Positions 1 to 9,877 are shown, numbered from the stretch's first letter. The stretch is DNA of 64,000 nt from an uncultured Chthonomonadaceae bacterium (GCA_963835065.1 CAWIEK010000002.1:64001-128000); one strand, 5' to 3'. The notes: generated by a model not told the origin, from the letters alone. Numbers and translations are program-made.

Positions 1-162
1 GGTTCCCGTCGTGGTGGTATCGGTTGAGTTCGCGGCATACGCGCCTGTCTCGTTGTTGGCGACGATGCTGATGTCATTGTGGCCGATGCCGGCATTTTCC
101 AAATCCTGCGCGGCTTTTTTGGCTTCGTCAAACGTGTCGAACAAACCTACGATGGTCTTCAA
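1..162 (-). CDS. General stress protein (YflT/17M-like N-terminus), 3' part outside window
   Basis: AGGAG SD then TTG at 162: MKTIVGLFDTFDEAKKAAQDLENAGIGHNDISIVANN..., a typical TIVGLFD...A..A...L...G....DISIV pattern; open to position 1. Not in the ORF track. Confidence 0.7.
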   Translation of the reverse strand, partial: MKTIVGLFDTFDEAKKAAQDLENAGIGHNDISIVANNETGAYAANSTDTTTTGT

Positions 163-291
163 TTTGTTTCTCCTTGCGTGGGGTCATACGCGGCATCTAG
201 GGCCGCCAGATACATGCGCAGCAATTCAGGCTGCGGGCTGTTACTGCATATTGCTCCTCAACAGGCGTGTCCGTTCCGAGCAGATCAGCCT

Positions 292-501
292 TTAAGGACG
301 GGCGGCGGACTTTCCTGCCGGAGCGGGCCGCGTGTTCTCGCTGGCGGCGGGTTCGCTGTGACTGCTGCTGTAAATCCGGTACGCGCCAAAAGCCAGCACC
401 AGAATAATCAGCAAGGCCAGCACCAGCGCCAGGGGCGCAGGGCCTTTTTTCTCCGGGCGGTCATACACTTTCACATTGGATGTGGATTGTGGGTCGGACA
501 T
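292..501 (-). CDS. Small single-TM hypothetical protein
   Basis: MSDPQSTSNVKVYDRPEKK + hydrophobic LALVLALLIILVLAFGAY; start choice (501 vs 519) uncertain. Confidence 0.65.
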   Translation of the reverse strand: MSDPQSTSNVKVYDRPEKKGPAPLALVLALLIILVLAFGAYRIYSSSHSEPAASENTRPAPAGKSAARP

Positions 502-912
502 TCGAGTTTCGCTTTCCAACGCTCATAAGACATCTGAACAAAGACTGTCTTCCAGGCAGCGTTAATTGCCCTGATACCAGCATCCATCGCCTTAACGCAA
601 GCGCTGCAAGCCAGGCGTTTGAAAACGCCAGGCACAAAGCAGGCCAGGTAACAATCCTACACAATCAACCGGCGAAAAATGATCGGAATGGATTTGCAAC
701 GATAAATTGCAACAATGGACTTGCAGCAAACGGAGAACGGTTATGCTCTCATTATGCGGCGCGATTGCGAATGTCGCTTGCGCTTCGGTGCAGAACATTC
801 AGGAGACGCCCAATTCTATTCAAAGGTTCCGCAACATTATAGGGGCGAAAACAGGAATGTTTTCGCCCCTGGCTCAATGCGCCGACAAGGGTTGAGGCGC
901 GAAAACTGCGTC

Positions 913-1326
913 TCAGCGCCCGCCCCCGGAGGCATTTCCTCCACTTCCGGCTGTGCCCGTTCCCTCGGTTCCCATGCTGGCGCCACTGGTTCCACTGCCG
1001 CCCGTGCTGGTCGCGCCCGTACTGCTTGTGCCCCCGGTTCCTGTCGTATTGCCCATGCCTGCCGCGCTGCCGGAACTGCTCGTACCGCCCGATCCACTGT
1101 TGGCGCTTCCTCTGGTGTTTGCGCTTCCTCCGGTTCCCCCGGCTGCCGGGCCGTCTTGATTGGCTTTGGACTGCGTATACTGGCGATCCGTCGTGCCGCT
1201 CATGGAACCCATAGACGAGTTGCCTCCCGTATCATCCGAACCGTGCGAACAGCCACCCACTGCGACTAAACTAACAGCCAGGCAAAGTCCAAGCCTGCGG
1301 CAAACATTCCCATTTTGGTTTCTCAT
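913..1326 (-). CDS. Gly/Ser/Thr-rich low-complexity lipoprotein
   Basis: GGAG SD, signal peptide with lipobox-like AVGGC, then a disordered G/S/T-rich tail. Confidence 0.7.
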   Translation of the reverse strand: MRNQNGNVCRRLGLCLAVSLVAVGGCSHGSDDTGGNSSMGSMSGTTDRQYTQSKANQDGPAAGGTGGSANTRGSANSGSGGTSSSGSAAGMGNTTGTGGTSSTGATSTGGSGTSGASMGTEGTGTAGSGGNASGGGR

Positions 1327-1638
1327 GTGTGTCTCCATTTCTCCTGCCATTTTAGATAAGAGACGACGATTTACAATTGTTCTTCTTATCCACAACAAGC
1401 GCTTTTTCAAAACACGTATTTTAACGGAATTCAGTTCGCGGCGATGGATACATTTTCCCTGCGCCCCAGCTTTAATCGCGGCGGCTATACCAAAAAGGTA
1501 AGAGGAAATACATCATTCGTTTATAATGTTTTCTCTTCCCGCCCGTTATATCAGGGTAACGCTGTCGCCAACCTCCCTATTCAGGCCCGGCAGCTATCGG
1601 GCGTACCCCTCAGCCGCCCCAAGAAGGAGTCAGATTTC

Positions 1639-2574
1639 GTGAATAACCTACCGAATGAACAGGATGTACAAGATGTACTGGAACTGCAACGCTTACGCAA
1701 AAACAATTCCCGGCGCGACCTGCTGCGCGGCCTGAGCGTGGGCGCCGTTGCCGCGCTTGGTGGCCTTGCAGCTAGCGGCTGCAGCTCCAAGCACGACAGC
1801 AACAATACCGGAACCGTCAATAACGGTGGAACGCCCGGCACGGCGCGGGACATAGACATCCTCAACTTTGCGCTGAATTTGGAGTATCTGGAAGCCGAGT
1901 TCTACACGTATGCTACGACCGGCGGGGGCATCGAAGCGCAGGGCATTGCCACCACCGGGCAAAACGGAACCGGCGGCAGCGCGCCAACGGGAACGACGAC
2001 CGGCGGCATCAAGGCGAATTTCGATAACAGCACCCTTGCAACGGTGGCCGCGCAGCTTGCCGATGATGAGCGCAAGCACGTGACGGATTTGCGCAGTACC
2101 ATTGTTTCGCTGGGCGGTGTCCCGGTTGCCAAGCCCAATATCTACCTGGGCGCGCTGGGCGTACAGGGCGTGGACATCAGCACAACCAAAGGATTTCTGA
2201 TTGCCTCGCGCGCCTTTGAAGACACCGGCGTGAGCGCCTACGGCGGCGCGGCGCGATACATCAGCAACAAAGATATCCTCCGCGCTTCGGCGCGTATCCT
2301 GGCGACCGAAAGCTACCATGCGGCCAACATCCGGCTGCAAATTTCGCAGCGCAGCATTGCCGACCCGCCCACGGACAACCTGGATGTGCCGCCGCCACCC
2401 ACCGGCCAGTTGTATTTCGCCGTAGACAGCAACGCGCTGGCGATTATCCGCACTCCCCGGCAGGTGCTTAACATCGTTCTGGGCGCGCCCGCCGGCAGTA
2501 CCACCGTGACCACAGGAGGCTTCTTCCCGAACGGAACCAACGCCAACCTTGCCACGCTAACGTCACTGGTTTAA
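1639..2574 (+). CDS. Tat-exported ferritin-like (Ferritin_2 / desiccation-related) lipoprotein
   Basis: AAGGAG SD before GTG 1639; SRRDLLRG twin-Arg motif, LAASGC lipobox; DIDILNFALNLEYLEAEFY, DERKH, FEDTGVSAY, TESYH di-metal ligand pattern. Confidence 0.85.
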   Translation: MNNLPNEQDVQDVLELQRLRKNNSRRDLLRGLSVGAVAALGGLAASGCSSKHDSNNTGTVNNGGTPGTARDIDILNFALNLEYLEAEFYTYATTGGGIEAQGIATTGQNGTGGSAPTGTTTGGIKANFDNSTLATVAAQLADDERKHVTDLRSTIVSLGGVPVAKPNIYLGALGVQGVDISTTKGFLIASRAFEDTGVSAYGGAARYISNKDILRASARILATESYHAANIRLQISQRSIADPPTDNLDVPPPPTGQLYFAVDSNALAIIRTPRQVLNIVLGAPAGSTTVTTGGFFPNGTNANLATLTSLV

Positions 2575-2696
2575 TCTGTCGGTATTCGGTGTTCGGTATT
2601 TGGTATTCGGAGGGGAGCGAACAAAGCTGAAAGCTGCATCTTTCCTTATCCCTGACCATTTACCACTTACCCCTTATTCCTTTTGGAGATTTAGCT

Positions 2697-3662
2697 TTGA
2701 AATATAACGAACAACAAACGCGCGTGGAGCGCGTGGAAGAAGAATTGATACAGGACGTTTTGAGCGATGCGGAGCGCGCCCAAACCCTGGAAACCCTGTT
2801 GTCGCGCCGTACCGTGCTGCGCGGATTAAGCGGCGGTACGCTGGCATTGATGGCCGGCGCGGCTCTGACCGGCGCGGAGCAAGCGGCCCAGGCCAAGCCC
2901 GGCTTCGGGGGAATAACCCGCGACACGAATCTTGACATTGCGATTCTGAATTTCGCGCTTCATGCCGAATACCTGGAAGGCGAGTTTTATACTTATGCCT
3001 TCACGGGCAAGGGCATGACCGCAAACGGCATTGATGTCACCGGCGTGGATGGCAGCGGCAACCCGGTTGCGGTTGGCCCGACAGCCGGCGGCACGGCAAT
3101 CAACTTCACGGATGCGGGCGTAAAGTCGGTGGGCAACAATATATGGCAGGATGAACTCAAGCACATCGCTTTCATCCGCAGCACGATTGTCTCGCTTGGC
3201 GGCAAGCCGATTGCCAAGCCGCCGCAGAACCTGGCGGCATTGGCAACGCAATTGAACCTTGACCCGGCTTCGCAGGCTCACTTCCTGATCGGGGGCCGCT
3301 CCTTCTGCGACACCGGCACATCGGCGTATTGTGGCACGTCCAAATACCTGACCACGCCCGCCGTTATTGAGGGCGCGGCGCGAATCCTGGCGGTGGAAGC
3401 ATTCCACGCGGGCGCGCTCCGCCTGCAAATCGCGCAGATGAATATCACGGCTCCGGCCCTGGACAACCTGGACGTGCCGCCGCCGCCGGCAAACGCCAAC
3501 TTCTTCACGGTGGATGCCACGACTGCGTTTGCCATCAGCCGCAGCGCGCGCCAGGTACTCAACATTCTGTTCCTGACGCCCAACAGCACCAACTCCACGT
3601 CCGGCGGCTTCTACCCGCAGGGCGTGTACGGCAGCATTCCCACACTGGAAACACTGGTGTAG
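2697..3662 (+). CDS. Tat-exported ferritin-like (Ferritin_2) protein, tandem paralog
   Basis: GGAG SD + TTG; SRRTVLRG twin-Arg motif; DIAILNFALHAEYLEGEFY, DELKH, VEAFH; clearly similar to the upstream gene. Confidence 0.85.
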   Translation: MKYNEQQTRVERVEEELIQDVLSDAERAQTLETLLSRRTVLRGLSGGTLALMAGAALTGAEQAAQAKPGFGGITRDTNLDIAILNFALHAEYLEGEFYTYAFTGKGMTANGIDVTGVDGSGNPVAVGPTAGGTAINFTDAGVKSVGNNIWQDELKHIAFIRSTIVSLGGKPIAKPPQNLAALATQLNLDPASQAHFLIGGRSFCDTGTSAYCGTSKYLTTPAVIEGAARILAVEAFHAGALRLQIAQMNITAPALDNLDVPPPPANANFFTVDATTAFAISRSARQVLNILFLTPNSTNSTSGGFYPQGVYGSIPTLETLV

Positions 3663-3695
3663 CCGTTCGTCGCTTGCATTGATGCACAAAACTAC

Positions 3696-3745
3696 GAGCC
3701 TGCCGAATTTGCAAAGAGTTCCTTCTTTGCAAGTTCGGCAGGCTT
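3696..3745. terminator. Long hairpin after the ferritin-like pair
   Basis: agcctgccgaatttgcaaaga ... tctttgcaagttcggcaggct near-perfect inverted repeat between convergent genes. Confidence 0.6.
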
Positions 3746-3777
3746 GTCGTTTAGCATTTAACGCGGCGGTGTTTAGC

Positions 3778-3903
3778 GCCTATCCCAATTGGCCGGGTAC
3801 TGAAAGTACCCGGCAGGAAAAAACAATCGTCCTACAGACGCACCTCTGTAGGACGATTGTACTTTGGTGCCGGGTACTTTGTACCCGGCCAATTGGGATA
3901 GGC
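3778..3903. repeat. REPIN-like composite palindrome, family A copy 1
   Basis: 23-bp perfect terminal IR gcctatcccaattggccgggtac; each end carries a GCCGGG-N-CCCGGC hairpin; inner IR acaatcgtcctacaga/tctgtaggacgattgt. Confidence 0.8.
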
Positions 3904-3925
3904 TCCTGGCAGCGAAATGCCCGTT

Positions 3926-4738
3926 TTAACTGACGCGCTTCAGCAGGCTTTTCCAGCGTTTCCAGGCGTCGTCACGGGCTTTTTTGTTGTCGGGGCTGGC
4001 ATCGGGGGCTTCGCCGGCGCGCATAAAGCCGTGTCCCGCGCCCTCATACGTGACCGGTTCATACGTCTTTTTGGTCTTTTTGGTCAGGTCTTTGGTCGCC
4101 GGGATGGTGGCGCCGATGCGAGCGTCATTGCCGGCATAAAAGCCGTACACCGGGCACGAAATGCGGGCCATATCCTCTTCGGCTGTCGGTCCCTGCCCGT
4201 AGAAGACAAAAGCCGCTTTGAGATTCTTGTTGTTCGTGGCAAACCGAAACGACTGCCCTCCGCCCCAGCAGAACCCGGCCACCACGACTTTGCCGTTGCA
4301 GGCAGGCAGTTTGGTGACGTAATCCGTGACGGCGTTGAGATCGGCGGTCACTTGTTCGGGCGGCAGCATGGAGATATACTTCACCGCCTCATTTTGCCCG
4401 CCGAGTTCCGCCGTGCCGCCCCCGCCGGGAGCCAGGCCGGAAAGCAGGTCGGGCGCAATGGCGATATATCCGGCTTCCGCCAGCTGATCCGCCACGCCCT
4501 TGACCCAATCGCTCAAGCCGAAAATCTCATGAACGATGACAACGGCCATCGCCTTGTTCTTCACTTCGGGATAAACCACGAAACTCTGCACTTCCCGCGT
4601 TCCCTGCTTGATCTTGACCCATTCCTGATGACGCGGCGATTTTTCCAGCCGCGCTTTGGCCCAATCCTGCGCCATTGACGGCCTGCCCGCCACAAAAAGC
4701 AGGGCACACACGGCCAGCAAACTCAATACTCGGTTCAT
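3926..4738 (-). CDS. Dienelactone hydrolase family protein with signal peptide
   Basis: VHEIFGL, GFCWGG nucleophile motif, YEGAGHGF; GAAGGAG SD before MNRVLS. Confidence 0.9.
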   Translation of the reverse strand: MNRVLSLLAVCALLFVAGRPSMAQDWAKARLEKSPRHQEWVKIKQGTREVQSFVVYPEVKNKAMAVVIVHEIFGLSDWVKGVADQLAEAGYIAIAPDLLSGLAPGGGGTAELGGQNEAVKYISMLPPEQVTADLNAVTDYVTKLPACNGKVVVAGFCWGGGQSFRFATNNKNLKAAFVFYGQGPTAEEDMARISCPVYGFYAGNDARIGATIPATKDLTKKTKKTYEPVTYEGAGHGFMRAGEAPDASPDNKKARDDAWKRWKSLLKRVS

Positions 4739-4936
4739 TGCGTCTCCTTCCGATGTCAGGGATACTTGCTCTGACTGCTTCATTCTTTATTCTACCCGCG
4801 TTTACCCAGGAACACAGTCCGTTCAAAACAGAATGAACAATTTCGGACTTCCCGGCGTCTCAACGTCATTCCCCGTTTGATTGGAAAGACAGACAGGCTT
4901 TGTCGTTCGCTACCAGAAATTAAGGAGTTCCGCGCA

Positions 4937-5329
4937 ATGGCACACATCGTTTTTTTTCGCCGCCAGAGTCGCGGCTTTACGCTCGTTGAACTGCTCGTTG
5001 TCACCCTGATACTGTCCATTCTGATGGCGGTTGCCTTGCCTTTGTACATCAGCGCGGTTACGGACAGCCGCAAAAAAACCAACCGCACTAACATGCAAAG
5101 CATTGCGACAGCGGTACAGTCTGCCTACACGGTCGGGCAAAAGACGGATTATTCCAGTTTCGCGGGCGGTATTTCCAGCGCCAAAGAACCGGATTTACAG
5201 ACACTTCCCATTGGGCCGAGCGGGGAAACTTACAGCATCACGGTTCCCGGCGCAAACGGCGGGCCGTTCATGGTGACATGTTCCGACCCGAACGCAGGCA
5301 CGTTTGAACCCGGTTACGATCACAAGTAA
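4937..5329 (+). CDS. Type IV pilin-like protein (prepilin N-methylation motif)
   Basis: TAAGGAG SD; SRG|FTLVELLVVTLILSILMAVALP. Confidence 0.9.
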   Translation: MAHIVFFRRQSRGFTLVELLVVTLILSILMAVALPLYISAVTDSRKKTNRTNMQSIATAVQSAYTVGQKTDYSSFAGGISSAKEPDLQTLPIGPSGETYSITVPGANGGPFMVTCSDPNAGTFEPGYDHK

Positions 5330-5461
5330 CTTTTCGATCATCGCGCCGCCCCGCTTTATCAAAATCCCCCATAAATGCGACATAATAATGCGAAATGGAG
5401 TGGTCAAGTTGACCCAAAGATTTCGCTTTAACAAAATCTCGCCCCAACGCGACATAATTAT

Positions 5462-5681
5462 AGCCCGGACGCGCAAGCGCGTCCGGGCTTCAGCAGGCGA
5501 ACAGGCAAGGGCCCGTTCATCACTTGTTGGGTCCACGCAGGCTAGACAGTGTTTTCGCGCCGCGTGAGCAACCGGTTAAAACAGGCTAACCCGCCTGCTC
5601 ACCTCGTTGACTATAATCCATGCTAGTCACCACCTCCTTTTGTGTCAAAATTATTATCGCAGATACGCGCGAAGTTGTCAA
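5462..5681 (-). other. Candidate small RNA / small-peptide transcription unit
   Basis: TTGACA(5681-5676)-17-GATAAT promoter, AAAGGAGGTG SD, ORF MDYSQRGEQAG* (5621-5586), 13-bp GC hairpin 5462-5489. Confidence 0.5.
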
Positions 5682-5843
5682 GTAGATATTTTGACATAAT
5701 TTAGGCAAGGTGTTCAGGTGATCGGTGTTCGGTGTTCGGTGTTTGGGTGTTGGATGCGCTGTTGTTTGTTCGGGCGTAAACTGTGGCTTGGCTTTGGGCA
5801 GGTTTGGGCAGGGGAATACTGGAATATCCGGGATGGCGGAAGC

Positions 5844-6644
5844 ATGAATGAGATAGCGGGCGGGCTGCGAAAATATGTGAAAACGGCGGCTATGGCGGCT
5901 ACGGGCTATCTTGGCGACAATCCCCTGTTTGTGATGGACTATCTGCTGCGGCTGCTGCGCGTGGCCGTGCTGTTGTCCCTGTGGCGCTTGCTGTTGCCGC
6001 GTGGCGATGCGGCTTCCGGGTTCACGCTGTCCCTGCTGCTCACGTATAGCCTGATCGGGGAAGCGTTTGCCGAACAACTGGAAGCGACAACCGATGTGGC
6101 ATGGGCGTTTTGGGACGGCACAATCGCCACGCGCTTCCTCAAGCCCCTCAGCGTGTTCGGGCAGTTTACCGCCGAGATAAGCGGCAAATGGCTGTTTCAT
6201 CTCGCAACATTTTCACTTCCTCTGCTATTGTTGGCTGTTCCCATCGGCGTTCATCCCCTGCCCGCAAGCGTATTCGCCGGACTGCTGTTTGTGCCGAGCC
6301 TGCTGCTTGCCGTTGGCGTGGGACTGGCGCTGGATTTTCTGTTTACCGGCCTTGCCATTGTCTGGCAGTTCCCGCCGTTTGCCATTGAGCGGGTACGCGC
6401 CGCCGTGTCCACGCTGCTGTCGGGCGCGTTTATTCCGCTCGCGCTCTTGCCCTGGCATTTAGGCAAATGGTTCGGCTGGCTGCCGTTCGCGTCTATGGCG
6501 TCCGCTCCCCTGCGCATCTATACAGGAACGGGCAACGCGGCCTGGCTGCTGGTCGCGCAGGCGTTCTGGTGCGTCGCGCTCTGGCCCCTGACGCTGTGGC
6601 TCTGGCGCGTCAATCGTGAAAAGATGGTGGTGTATGAAGGCTAG
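5844..6644 (+). CDS. ABC-2 family permease (DUF990-like)
   Basis: Six TM segments, DGTIATRFLKP motif, LLSGAFIPL..LP, LPFASMASAP. Confidence 0.85.
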   Translation: MNEIAGGLRKYVKTAAMAATGYLGDNPLFVMDYLLRLLRVAVLLSLWRLLLPRGDAASGFTLSLLLTYSLIGEAFAEQLEATTDVAWAFWDGTIATRFLKPLSVFGQFTAEISGKWLFHLATFSLPLLLLAVPIGVHPLPASVFAGLLFVPSLLLAVGVGLALDFLFTGLAIVWQFPPFAIERVRAAVSTLLSGAFIPLALLPWHLGKWFGWLPFASMASAPLRIYTGTGNAAWLLVAQAFWCVALWPLTLWLWRVNREKMVVYEG

Positions 6645-6663
6645 AGGAAGTGATGAACGCGGA

Positions 6664-7551
6664 ATGATGAATGATGAATGGAATTCAAATTCATCACTCA
6701 TCACTCATCACTCATCACTTATTATCCGTTTGCTGCGCCTGTGGGCGATGTATGCGCGGCTGGACTTGATTTGGATGACGCGGGATTTGAAGATGTTTGT
6801 GATGTGGACGATTACAGATGCCATCATGAGCATTGCCACCGTGACGAGCATTTGGCTGCTGTCCACGCGGTTTGCGGGCATCGGCATTTGGAGCCATGCG
6901 CAGGTCGTGTTTTTGTTGGGATACGCGACAACGGTTGGCGCATTGATAGATATGTTTTTCGGCTTCAACGTCGCTTTCATCAGCCGACGTTTGGGACGGG
7001 GGCAGTTCGATCATACGCTGATACAGCCGCAGCCCATCTGGATGGCCCTGCTCACGGAGGGGTTTGCGCCGTGCAGCGCGTCCCTGATGCTGTGGCCGGG
7101 CGTGGCGATGATGGCATGGGCGGTGCGGCATCTGGCGCTTGCGGTCACGCTGTTCTGGCTGCTGAAACTGCTTGCGTCCCTTGTCGCTTCCGCCGCCGTG
7201 ATTCTGGCGTTTCAATTTATGTGGGGCAGTTTGGCGTTTTGGGCGCCCCGCTCGGCGGAAGAAATCAGCAGTTCCACTGCCCGCCTGATGAACCAACTCA
7301 AATCCTATCCGCTTGATGGCGTAAGCGGAATTCTGGCCGGCAGCCTGCTGACCGTGTTACCGGTCGGCTTCGTAGCCTGGTATCCCTGCCGCCTGCTGTT
7401 GGGATTGGAACTGTCGCCCTGGAAGCAAGGCTTGCCTACAATCGCCGCGCTGCTGCTGTCTCTATTGGCCGCATTTATCTTTCAGCAGGGCCGGCGGCAC
7501 TATGCCCGTATCGGGTCGCAAAATTACAGTGACAGAGGGCATAGAGGTTGA
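6664..7551 (+). CDS. ABC-2 family permease (DUF990-like)
   Basis: GQFDHTLIQP, YPLD, VLPVGFVAWYP; N-terminus derived from a repeat module; start uncertain. Confidence 0.85.
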   Translation: MMNDEWNSNSSLITHHSSLIIRLLRLWAMYARLDLIWMTRDLKMFVMWTITDAIMSIATVTSIWLLSTRFAGIGIWSHAQVVFLLGYATTVGALIDMFFGFNVAFISRRLGRGQFDHTLIQPQPIWMALLTEGFAPCSASLMLWPGVAMMAWAVRHLALAVTLFWLLKLLASLVASAAVILAFQFMWGSLAFWAPRSAEEISSSTARLMNQLKSYPLDGVSGILAGSLLTVLPVGFVAWYPCRLLLGLELSPWKQGLPTIAALLLSLLAAFIFQQGRRHYARIGSQNYSDRGHRG

Positions 7552-7590
7552 TAGTTGATAGTTGATAGTTGATAGTCGAAGGAGCAGGCA

Positions 7591-8697
7591 GTGCAAACGG
7601 AACAAGTACAAGAAGACAATAGACAACAAGCAGATGATGAAAGCAAACATCTGCAAACAAGCGGGCTATCAACTATCAACTATCAACTATCAACTATTAT
7701 CGAGTTGCGCGGCGTGAGCAAGGCGTACCGGCAGCGGCAGCGCTCGGAGAAGCTGAGTGAAGTGTTTAAGACGCTGCTGCGGCCTGAGATACGGGTCGTG
7801 CAGGCGCTGCACAACATTGATCTGCAGATTGCGCGGGGCGAGATTGTCGCGTATGCGGGGCCGAACGGGGCAGGGAAAAGCACGACGGTCAAACTGCTGT
7901 CGGGGATGCTGTCGCCGGATACGGGCACGGTGCGCGTGTTGGGCATGGACCCGGCGGCGAATCGGCAGGCGTATGTGGGACGTATCGGCGTGGTCTTCGG
8001 ACAGCGCACGGAGTTGTGGCGCGACCATCCGGTGTCGGCAAGTTTCGAGTGGAAGCGCGTAGTTTGGGACATTCCGCGCGAACGCTATGAGCGCATGTCG
8101 GGACTGGTTAAGGAACTGCTGGATTTAACGCCGTTTTTCAACAGCCTTGTGCGCGAACTCAGTTTGGGGCAGCGTATGCGGGCCGATCTGGGACTGGCAT
8201 TGCTGCACGAACCCGAAATTTTGTTTCTGGACGAACCTTCGCTCGGACTCGACGTGCTTGCCAAGCGCAACATTCTGCGGTTCCTCAAGGACATCAACCG
8301 CGAACGGCAAATGACCGTCATGGTGACAAGCCACGATATGTCGGAACTGGAACAGCTTGCCGGGCGCATTGTGATGGTGGCGCAGGGCAAAATCGCTTAC
8401 GATGGCGACTTTGCCCGCCTGCGAACCGAATTTGCCGACCGCCGCGCGCTGATTTTGGAAACCACAAGTGACGCGGCTCCCCTGCTGCAAGGCGCAGCCC
8501 TGACGAGCAGCGAGTCAGGGCGCTATGAATATACGTTCGACGCCGCGCAAGTGAGTGTCGCCGACCTGCTCCAGCAAGCCTCGCAGCAAACGCGCATCGT
8601 AGATATGGAAACCCACCGCGCTCCCATTGACGATGTGATTGCGGATATTTACGAAAAGTGGAAAGTAGAGAGTGAGAGTGGAGAGAAGAAAAGATGA
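7591..8697 (+). CDS. ABC transporter ATP-binding protein
   Basis: Walker A GPNGAGKS, LSLGQRMR, ILFLDEP, TSH; GAAGGAG SD. Confidence 0.95.
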   Translation: MQTEQVQEDNRQQADDESKHLQTSGLSTINYQLSTIIELRGVSKAYRQRQRSEKLSEVFKTLLRPEIRVVQALHNIDLQIARGEIVAYAGPNGAGKSTTVKLLSGMLSPDTGTVRVLGMDPAANRQAYVGRIGVVFGQRTELWRDHPVSASFEWKRVVWDIPRERYERMSGLVKELLDLTPFFNSLVRELSLGQRMRADLGLALLHEPEILFLDEPSLGLDVLAKRNILRFLKDINRERQMTVMVTSHDMSELEQLAGRIVMVAQGKIAYDGDFARLRTEFADRRALILETTSDAAPLLQGAALTSSESGRYEYTFDAAQVSVADLLQQASQQTRIVDMETHRAPIDDVIADIYEKWKVESESGEKKR

Positions 8698-9869
8698 ATA
8701 TTCGGCAGTTGACGGGCGAGGAACTGGAACAGCAGTATTATGTTTGGTCGCAGGCGTTTGAGCATGGCAAGCGGGACATGAGCGAATGGCGCGAAGATGA
8801 CGCGGCGAACAACGAACGGCAGGCGATCTACGGCGTTTTCGACGAAGCGGGGCTGCAGGCGACGTTTTTGATTGTGGACATGCACCTGCATTTTGGGCCA
8901 CACGTGATTGTGCCAATGGGGGCTGTGAATGGCGTGGCCGTTCTGCCCGGCGCGCGGGGAAAGGGGTATGCGTCGGCAGGCATACGCTACTATCTACGGC
9001 AAATGCGTGACGCGAGACAAGTGGTCTCCATTTTGGAGCCGTTCAGTTGGGACTATTATCGTGGATTGGGTTATGAATGGATCGGCCTCAATCGGCGTTA
9101 CGCGGTTCCAAGCCGCCTGTTTCCGCCGTCTGCGGAAACCGCGCATGTTCGGGCGGCAATGCCACAGGATTTGTCGGCGGTCCGAAAAGCCTATACCACA
9201 TTTGCCGTGCGCTACCGGGGAATGTTACAGCGCGTTGACTCGGACTGGAAAACCATTATTGAGGACAGGCCAAAAGAGCATACCTATACCTATATTTACG
9301 AGCAGGATGGCAGCGTGGAAGGGTACATAACCTATCGCGGCGGCAAGCGCGAAGAAACTCGGCTGCGCGAGTTTATCTATCTGACCCGCCGCGCGCAACA
9401 AGGATTATTTGGCCTGCTACGCCGCCACGATATGCAGATTGACAAGTTTGTATGGAACGCGCCCGGTGACGATCTGCTGTACTCGCAGCTAACGCATTGG
9501 GATGTGGAAACCAAACTGCGTCCGTGCATCATGGGGAGGATTGTGGATGTTGTCGGCGCTCTGCAAGCGTGGAAGCCACTTCAGCCCACACAGGCGGATT
9601 TTGTATTGCAAGTGGAAGACAAACACGCGCCGTGGAATCAAGGCCGGTGGCGCGTAACAAGCACAGACGGGCAAACAACCGTAACCGCCACAAACGACGC
9701 TGCCGATCTCGAAATGGACATTCAGGCGCTGACGCAGGCGTATTTCGGGACGCCCTCCGTTGCGGAATTGCGCCGCGCCGAACGCCTGACAATCCACACC
9801 GAACGCGCCGCCGAACAATTGGCGCAATTGCTCGACGGCCCGCCAATGTGGGTCAACGACGGCTTCTAG
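8694..9869 (+). CDS. Eis-like GNAT acetyltransferase
   Basis: VAVLPGARGKGYA motif A, YRGLGYE, GRIVDV..AL, VEDKHAPWNQGRW SCP2-like C-terminus. Confidence 0.88.
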   Translation: MNIRQLTGEELEQQYYVWSQAFEHGKRDMSEWREDDAANNERQAIYGVFDEAGLQATFLIVDMHLHFGPHVIVPMGAVNGVAVLPGARGKGYASAGIRYYLRQMRDARQVVSILEPFSWDYYRGLGYEWIGLNRRYAVPSRLFPPSAETAHVRAAMPQDLSAVRKAYTTFAVRYRGMLQRVDSDWKTIIEDRPKEHTYTYIYEQDGSVEGYITYRGGKREETRLREFIYLTRRAQQGLFGLLRRHDMQIDKFVWNAPGDDLLYSQLTHWDVETKLRPCIMGRIVDVVGALQAWKPLQPTQADFVLQVEDKHAPWNQGRWRVTSTDGQTTVTATNDAADLEMDIQALTQAYFGTPSVAELRRAERLTIHTERAAEQLAQLLDGPPMWVNDGF

Positions 9870-9877
9870 GACGAACA

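Noticed and set aside
5360..5460. Two imperfect repeats 72 nt apart as a degenerate CRISPR array
   Set aside because: Only two copies, low identity in the middle and no similarity to the real repeat; kept only as a possible operator motif.
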